32,000 bases of DNA from Nitrososphaeraceae archaeon (lineage in GTDB: Archaea; Thermoproteota; Nitrososphaeria; Nitrososphaerales; Nitrososphaeraceae), in contig DATFEP010000064.1 of the NCBI GenBank assembly GCA_035250975.1, positions 63,811-95,810 of the forward strand, in the 5' to 3' direction. The notes beneath the pieces were generated by a model. The model did not search any database. It was not told the origin of the DNA and saw only the letters and a list, made by a program, of their open reading frames with translations. Every line of letters starts with the position of its first letter. The stretch's first letter is position 1. The translations under genes were made by a program, and so were the position numbers. Positions 26,492 through 32,000 of this stretch are shown here, piece by piece.

Positions 26492-27184
26492 TTATTGTTT
26501 ATCCAAAGTGCTGTTTATTAAAAGTTTTCCCAGTGTGGTTATCGTAACTGAGATTTTATTGCGATCTCCTTTTTCTACATCCGCTAGACCTAATTCAGCA
26601 AGTCCCTTTGCTTCTCTTGAGCCTTGTATATGATAACTTAAAAGCGGTTTTCCAAATCCAGAAATTTTTTCTAACTGGTCAAAACTTTCAACATTACCGC
26701 CTGCACTATCTAAAGCTACAAGAATTTTTTTCTTTGCATCTGATATAATCTCATTATAGCTAAGTTTCAAAACAGGCATCATAAGCGGATTTGTATGAGT
26801 GTAATCCATTCCAAATGCTTTTACACCGTGTATAAAAGCTGTAGAAAGCGCAGCACAACCTAGTAATTTATCTCCACAGCTGACATTCATCAATATATCA
26901 TCAAATTCTTTACCATGTATTTGCAATACCTCGTTTATTTGATCCATCGTGTCCCTTATTACATTCTCTTTGGCAACTAAGGTAATCGTTATGGGAAGAC
27001 CTAGTATACTTTTAATCCTTCTTGAAAAGTCTTCTGCTTTACTTTTATCCTCATGAAAGCACAGTAATACAAGCTTGTGAATTGGAAATGTTTTGATCCC
27101 AAATGCTATTGCATCTTGGCCATCTGTACCAAATGTCGCGATCTGCAGAGTTTTCATCATTATAATTTTTAGTAGATTTATCAT
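26492..27184 (-). CDS. CARF/Csa3-like Rossmann domain plus C-terminal winged-HTH transcriptional regulator
   Basis: The N-terminal beta-alpha pattern (LQIATFG, HKLVLLC, ITITLV, ILMNVSCGDKLLGCAALSTAFIHG) resembles Csa3/HFX_2341-type CARF-like domains. The C-terminus (ISDAKKKILVALDSAGG...SYHIQGSREAKGLAELGL...VTITTLGKLL) looks like a wHTH. The likely true start is ATG 27160 or 27157 (MMKTLQIA). Confidence 0.55.
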   Translation of the reverse strand: MINLLKIIMMKTLQIATFGTDGQDAIAFGIKTFPIHKLVLLCFHEDKSKAEDFSRRIKSILGLPITITLVAKENVIRDTMDQINEVLQIHGKEFDDILMNVSCGDKLLGCAALSTAFIHGVKAFGMDYTHTNPLMMPVLKLSYNEIISDAKKKILVALDSAGGNVESFDQLEKISGFGKPLLSYHIQGSREAKGLAELGLADVEKGDRNKISVTITTLGKLLINSTLDKQ

Positions 27185-27664
27185 GCTTATAAGACATATC
27201 TTTAATGATTCTATTTTGTCTTAAACGTTAAAATATTGATATAACTTTTTGTTTTTATTTAATCGTAGAATATTTTATGAAATATCTAATCATGCCATAA
27301 ACCTTTAAAATAATGGTGTTTATGATCTGTTTTTGATTTCTAGAAATTCTGACTCTTAACGTTCTCACTACTATCATTTTTTCTTTTCTTTAGAACCTCT
27401 TTTAGTATTTTTTTTACTTTTATTCTTTGTCTAAGGTTCTGTATTGCTTTCATCATTATAGGACTAAGAATAATCCCTAAAATCATACCTAAAGTCATAT
27501 CAATTATTGATACCACGTTAAAATATAGAAACTACCTGATATACATAAGTAATTCTCTTTTATTGTAAATCACATCAGCTATCTCAAGTTTACTTTCATT
27601 CCTAAAGAGTCTCAAAAATTGACAGATAATTCTTACTGAAATATTAAAAATCAAATAATAAAAA

Positions 27665-27681
27665 GGCTCTGTTAACTTAAG
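27665..27681. repeat. IS6 terminal inverted repeat (transposase-distal end)
   Basis: GGCTCTGTTAACTTAAG. It pairs with 28380-28396. Confidence 0.65.
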
Positions 27682-28337
27682 ATAACTTCACCTCCATTAA
27701 ACTCAAAATTAAAATCATTACATGTTGTTCTAACACTATTATACATAGAAACAAAGAATTGTATCCAATTATATACATGAAATAGATTACATTCATTTTC
27801 TTTTTGAATACAAGGATAATAGTCATCAAATCCTTCAGTTCTATCCTTAAAATACTGATTGACTCTTTCCATCAAATGTTTCTCAAATGGTGAATGTAGA
27901 TGATGTTTTAATCCAATTACATTGCATGCTTGTGGATACCATGTACCACCATCAGTATAAACTGGATGTCTTCCATACATTTGAACCAGGGATCTAATGA
28001 ATTTTTCAGCAACAAACATGTTTCTCTCTTCTGAAATGTATATTCCAAGCACGAGACTGTGTATTGGTTCTATACAAAACCATAACCAAAAGTGTTGATT
28101 ACCAATCTGAATAATGGTTTCATCTATTATAAAGGCAGATACTCTTCTGCGTCGGTATGTCTCATATGAGGCAAATCTCTGAATCCAATTCCATACAGAA
28201 ACATGACTTCTTTTTTCGTCCTTGAAAATTATTAATGCCATAGAAGCATTACGTAGACTCAAACCAAGAAAATAAAGATAAAGAGAGTACATTACAATAA
28301 TAGTAGATGTTTTATTTCTTTCAAATTTAATTTTCAT
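27672..28337 (-). CDS. IS6-family DDE transposase
   Basis: 221 aa. The DDE triad candidates sit in FIIDET, VYTDGG and MERVNQYFKDR. The N-terminal HTH-like region is YLYFLGLSLRNAS. The stop codon lies inside the left IR. Confidence 0.85.
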   Translation of the reverse strand: MKIKFERNKTSTIIVMYSLYLYFLGLSLRNASMALIIFKDEKRSHVSVWNWIQRFASYETYRRRRVSAFIIDETIIQIGNQHFWLWFCIEPIHSLVLGIYISEERNMFVAEKFIRSLVQMYGRHPVYTDGGTWYPQACNVIGLKHHLHSPFEKHLMERVNQYFKDRTEGFDDYYPCIQKENECNLFHVYNWIQFFVSMYNSVRTTCNDFNFEFNGGEVILS

Positions 28338-28379
28338 ATAATAGATAAGATGTTCTTATCTATAGCTTTTACTGCTTAA

Positions 28380-28396
28380 CTTAACTTAACACAGCC
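28380..28396. repeat. IS6 terminal inverted repeat (transposase-proximal end)
   Basis: CTTAACTTAACACAGCC, whose reverse complement is GGCTGTGTTAAGTTAAG. It is preceded by an extra CTTAA unit, giving (CTTAA)x3. Confidence 0.65.
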
Positions 28397-28553
28397 TCTT
28401 TGTCAATGAACTAAATTAATACGTAAAAAGAAATTTTCCTTGCATCCGAACCATTTGAATAACAACTCGTTTATGGAATAAATTTAACAATCAAAGAAGA
28501 TCTTTAATGATTTTAGGAAATTCTTTTATCTATTTTTTTAAAAGGACTAATTG

Positions 28554-29936
28554 ATGAAAAATTTTAGAAATACAAATGCTGAAAAGAAAAGGAAAAGAAA
28601 AGAAAACACAATAGTTGTCCCTACGCTAAGTCTAGCGATATTTTTCATACTGGGAACTTTATTGCCATCTATAAACATTGTACCTAATGCGTTTGGAGTA
28701 GATGAATCAGAAACAGAGTCGATAGAAATCAAATTTAACGAACCAACTATTACGGAAATAGATGATGTTGCTGTCGAAATAAATCCAGTCCAAGATAAAG
28801 AAACAGGATTGACTTCGCTCAACATGAAAGTTACGGACAAAGATACTAAATTACCATTAACTCATGTAGACTGGTTAATCTCAATAAAGGACCAGAATAA
28901 CAAATTATATGAAAGTTCTACCCAACATTCACATGTAGGACTATATAATTTTGAATATGCATTAGACAAAGGTACATATAACATTTTAACTCAAGTAGCG
29001 TCTCTTGGTCCAAAAATGATGGGAATGGAAGTACCTGGAATGGCTCAGACAAGAATATTAGAATCAGGTGATCCAATGGAAGGCTGGAAAACAGATCCAA
29101 ACAAATTCTTTGGATTTAAAAACGTCAATTTCATACTAGCTGTTGATAATGGTGTTGCAACAAATACTAGTGGTCAATTAGCACCAGAAACAGACACCAA
29201 TTCACAAGACCCAAACAAAAATTCCCAGATAACAGTTAGTTCTGAAACAGGAAAGAAAGTAAATGTAAAAGTAGTCACAGTTCCTGAAAAAATAGTTGCA
29301 GGTCAACCAGCAACTGTAGCATTAGATATAATGACTGAAAATGGTACGAGTATAACTCATCCTGACGGCTTGCTTACTGTATCCAAAGATGGATTCACTT
29401 TGTTAAAGTCCGCCGAAAAAGGAAATCCAATGATGCCAGTCAATGGTGCATTCCATGGACATACTGGACAATTAGCATTTAATGTAATATTTCCACAGGC
29501 TGGAGTTTACACTTTGGATGCTAAATTGAATTCACTTCCAGTTTCAAACGTAATGTTTGGCAATGTAGATACAAAGTTTGACCTAGGAGTCGTAGATGCT
29601 GCATCGTCATCAACAGAGCAAGTAGCTGGAACATCAAGCACAAATCCAAACCAAGTATCAATAATAGGTCAAGAACAACCATTTTACTCTCCAACGAATT
29701 TTGAAGTTAAAAAAGGTACTACATTAACTTTCAAAAATGACGATGCAATAGTACACGTAATAGCTAGTACAAATGACAAAATTGGAGCCACATCTCCGAA
29801 TGCTGACGGAAAGTTTGATACAGGTATTCTAATGATGGGTCAAGAGAGTACGGGCATTACACTTGATGAACCTGGGACAATTAACTATTTCTGCACAGTA
29901 CACCCGTTCATGCAGGGATCAATAACTGTCACATAA
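28554..29936 (+). CDS. Large exported multidomain blue copper protein (two Ig-like His/Met-bearing domains plus C-terminal cupredoxin)
   Basis: Basic N-terminus plus TM anchor. There are two beta-rich modules with His/Met clusters (THVDWLISIKD...STQHSHVGLY...GPKMMGMEVPGM and VKVVTVPEKIVAGQPATVALDI...NPMMPVNGAFHGHTGQLAF). The C-terminal cupredoxin has IVHVIAS and YFCTVHPFM (C-x2-H-x2-M). ATG 28554. Confidence 0.8.
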   Translation: MKNFRNTNAEKKRKRKENTIVVPTLSLAIFFILGTLLPSINIVPNAFGVDESETESIEIKFNEPTITEIDDVAVEINPVQDKETGLTSLNMKVTDKDTKLPLTHVDWLISIKDQNNKLYESSTQHSHVGLYNFEYALDKGTYNILTQVASLGPKMMGMEVPGMAQTRILESGDPMEGWKTDPNKFFGFKNVNFILAVDNGVATNTSGQLAPETDTNSQDPNKNSQITVSSETGKKVNVKVVTVPEKIVAGQPATVALDIMTENGTSITHPDGLLTVSKDGFTLLKSAEKGNPMMPVNGAFHGHTGQLAFNVIFPQAGVYTLDAKLNSLPVSNVMFGNVDTKFDLGVVDAASSSTEQVAGTSSTNPNQVSIIGQEQPFYSPTNFEVKKGTTLTFKNDDAIVHVIASTNDKIGATSPNADGKFDTGILMMGQESTGITLDEPGTINYFCTVHPFMQGSITVT

Positions 29937-29945
29937 CAACTTCCC

Positions 29946-29961
29946 TTCTTTTTTTTATTTT
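29946..29961 (+). terminator. Oligo-T tract after the blue copper gene (candidate archaeal terminator)
   Basis: TTCTTTTTTTTATTTT with a T8 run (29949-29956), 10-25 nt after the TAA stop at 29934-29936. Confidence 0.4.
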
Positions 29962-29975
29962 AGAGATTAATTAAA

Positions 29976-31369
29976 ATGGTCAATAACATAATACAAACAA
30001 TCAATCCTCCTATTAATAAAGTTCTTGCCGAATATGAAGTTGAAGATGAACAAGATGTATCAGATATTATTGATAAATCTAAAAAAACATTTGATGGATG
30101 GAAAGATGACGTTCATACTAGACGAGATGTATTATATACTGTTTCAAAGGAACTAAAAAAACACAGAGAAGAACTTGCTAAAATTGCCACAAACGAAATG
30201 AGTAAGCCAATAAAAGAGGCAAGGGCAGAAGTAGAAAAATGTGCTACTGCAAGGGAATTTTATGCATATAATGGAGAAATATACCTACATGAAGAATCTA
30301 TCAATACAGATGCTAATAAAAGCATAATAAAATTTGAACCTCTTGGTGTAATCGGAAGCATAATGCCTTGGAATTTTCCTTACTGGCAAGCATTGAGATT
30401 TGCTGCACCATGTTTAATGGCTGGAAATACAATTGTTCTCAAACCAGCTAGCAATACTATACAATGTGGTATCGAAATAGAAAAACTATTTCAGAAAGTA
30501 GGATTAGATAATGTTTTTCAGACACTGATAGGAAATTATCATGTTGCAGAATATCTTATAGATTCTAATGTTAACGGTATAACATTTACTGGAAGTGTAG
30601 ATGTTGGTGCCAAAGTTGCAAAGAGAGCGACCGCTCAATTAAAAAAATGTGTTTTGGAGCTAGGTGGAAGCGACCCTTTTATAGTATGCAAAGACGCAGA
30701 TGTGGAAAAAGCCTCAACAGGAGCTGTAAAGGGGCGATTTATAAATTGCGGCCAAAGTTGTATTGCATCAAAACGATTTTTTATTGTAAGAGAAATAGCT
30801 GATGAATTTATCGAAAAATTTGTCCAAAAAACAGAGAAATTAAGAATAGGAACCCAATGTCTGGAGAGACCGATATTGGTCCTCGGGTAAACTCAAAAAG
30901 TCTTGAGAATATAGACGAACTTGTTAAAGATGCCTTAAATAATGGTGCAGAACTTGTTATTGGAGGTGAAAAAATAGAAAGTAAAGGATTTTTTTATAAA
31001 CCGACAATATTAAAGAATATTTCTGATGGTTCTAGGATCGCAAAGGAAGAAACATTTGGACCTGTTGCCCCAATAACTATTGTAAATGATGAAATAGAAG
31101 CTATAGGACTGGCAAATGACTCGCAATTCGGATTAGGCGCGAGCATATGGACTTATGACCTAGAAAAAGCGGAGAAACTAGCAAATTGGATGCAATCAGG
31201 CATAGTAACAGTGAACAATGTCGTTATTTCCGATCCGAGAATCCCTTTCGGAGGAATCAAAAAGAGTGGTTTTGGAAGGGAACTTTCAAGATACGGTATG
31301 TTAGAATTTATAAATGTTAAATCCATTAGGTTTTATGATGAGCTTGTAGTAAATCATTATGTGGAGTGA
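29976..31369 (+). pseudogene. Aldehyde dehydrogenase (succinate-semialdehyde-dehydrogenase-like) interrupted by a 1-nt frameshift near 30851
   Basis: ORF 29976..30890 carries PWNFPYWQ, ELGGSDP (catalytic Glu) and FINCGQSCIASKR (catalytic Cys). ORF 30857..31369 carries ETDIGPRVN, EETFGPVAP and PFGGIKKSGFGRE. The two frames join as ...EKLRIG|NPMSGETDIGP only if one base is added at GGA-A(A)CCCA (30849-30856). Confidence 0.85.
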
Positions 31370-31374
31370 TATAG

Positions 31375-32000
31375 ATGGCAAATCAAGGTTTGGAAAATGT
31401 CTTACTCCTACAAGGAGGAGGTTCATTGGGTGCTTTTGGTTGTGGAGTTTACAAAGCACTTGCAAAAAATAAAATTAATATAGATATTCTTGCTGGAACT
31501 TCAATCGGTGGAGTAAATGCAGCAATAATTGCTGGAAGCAAGAGTGACAGACCAGAAAAAACATTGGAAGAATTTTGGTTAGAACTTGGAGAAAATTCAA
31601 TAAATTTAGACACTTACTTTTCCCCATTGTCATCACTTATGGATTACGATTCCTTATCTAGTTACCTAAATTCAAAAGAAAACTGTTCAAATTATAGATC
31701 ATTGTTATCGTTTTATAGCTCGTCCTTTTATGGAAACAATGCAATGTTTCTACCTCATGGAGATCGGATTTGACACCTAATTCATCAGATTCTATTGATC
31801 CTATACATTGGACATATGTGTACGACAATTCACCTTTAGAAAGGACTCTAGAAAAATACGTTGACTATGAGAAGCTGAATCCTACAGGAAAACCAAATGG
31901 GCGTCTAATAATCACTGCTGTAAATGTATTAACAGCTGAACCATTAACATTTGATAGTTCTAAACAAAAAATCACATCCAAACATATACTCGCTACGTCT
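31375..32000 (+). pseudogene. Patatin-like phospholipase, frameshifted near 31756 and truncated by the window end
   Basis: Frame 1 has the oxyanion motif LQGGGSLGAFGCG and the nucleophile elbow GTSIGG, then stops at 31771-31773. Another frame is open from 31719 to the window end and reads WRSDLTP...YDNSPLERTLEKYVDYEKLN...GRLIITAVNVLTAEPLTFD...KHILATS. That is the expected continuation of patatin-family proteins. Confidence 0.75.

Larger units (their letters stand above)
27665..28396 (-). mobile_element. IS6-family insertion sequence (732 bp) with imperfect terminal inverted repeats
   Basis: A single DDE transposase ORF is bounded by GGCTCTGTTAACTTAAG (27665-27681) and the reverse complement of 28380-28396, GGCTGTGTTAAGTTAAG. 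These match at 15/17 positions, and 18/21 if extended. The termini resemble the IS26 IR GGCACTGTTGCAAA. Size and organisation are typical of IS6. Confidence 0.8.

Noticed and set aside
30849-30859. Programmed ribosomal frameshift as an explanation for the split ALDH
   Set aside because: There is no slippery X XXY YYZ heptamer and no obvious downstream stimulatory structure at the junction. A second unrelated frameshift lies in the next gene. Mutation or sequencing indel is more parsimonious.
1-32000. Scan for tRNA, rRNA and CRISPR arrays
   Set aside because: I found no GC-rich cloverleaf-like segment with a GTTCRAATC-type T-loop, no rRNA-like conserved blocks, and no regularly spaced direct repeats of 24-40 nt. 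The only tandem repeats are very short (AAGATAATA x2 at about 12079-12096, ATTAAAGAAAAA-like x2 at about 26048-26080).

Overview
AT-rich window, roughly one-third GC by eye, that looks archaeal. The gene content fits an ammonia-oxidising thaumarchaeon (Nitrososphaeria): a NirK-like two-domain multicopper oxidase, several amicyanin-type cupredoxins, an archaeal-type AMP phosphorylase, a DPS-like ferritin, CBS-domain proteins, a VIT1 transporter and an IS6 element. That taxonomic call is inference only, since no search could be run. I support about 27 protein-coding genes, one complete 732-bp IS6-family insertion sequence with imperfect terminal inverted repeats, and two adjacent genes (aldehyde dehydrogenase and patatin-like lipase) that are each broken by a single-nucleotide frameshift. 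I saw no rRNA, tRNA or CRISPR array. By my own feature list, coding density is only about 70%. There are several 0.5-1.3 kb AT-rich spacers. The items I consider most worth a second look are: (1) a genuine hypE with an intact PRIC tail, translationally coupled to a Cys4 zinc-ribbon ORF and a helical ORF, with no other hyp or hydrogenase gene in 32 kb; (2) a four-CBS protein whose C-terminal ~110 aa looks like an HPF/RaiA (S30AE) ribosome-hibernation domain; (3) a tight pair made of a 4-TM protein with an intramembrane GCCG motif and a membrane-anchored DUF3179 protein with a CPLC motif, next to an internally duplicated secreted protein; (4) a type II NADH dehydrogenase fused to an N-terminal 5-TM His-bearing domain and a canonical C2H2 zinc finger; (5) an orphan CARF/Csa3-like wHTH regulator beside the IS. 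All functional calls rest on motifs read by eye from the supplied translations and need HMM or structure searches to confirm.
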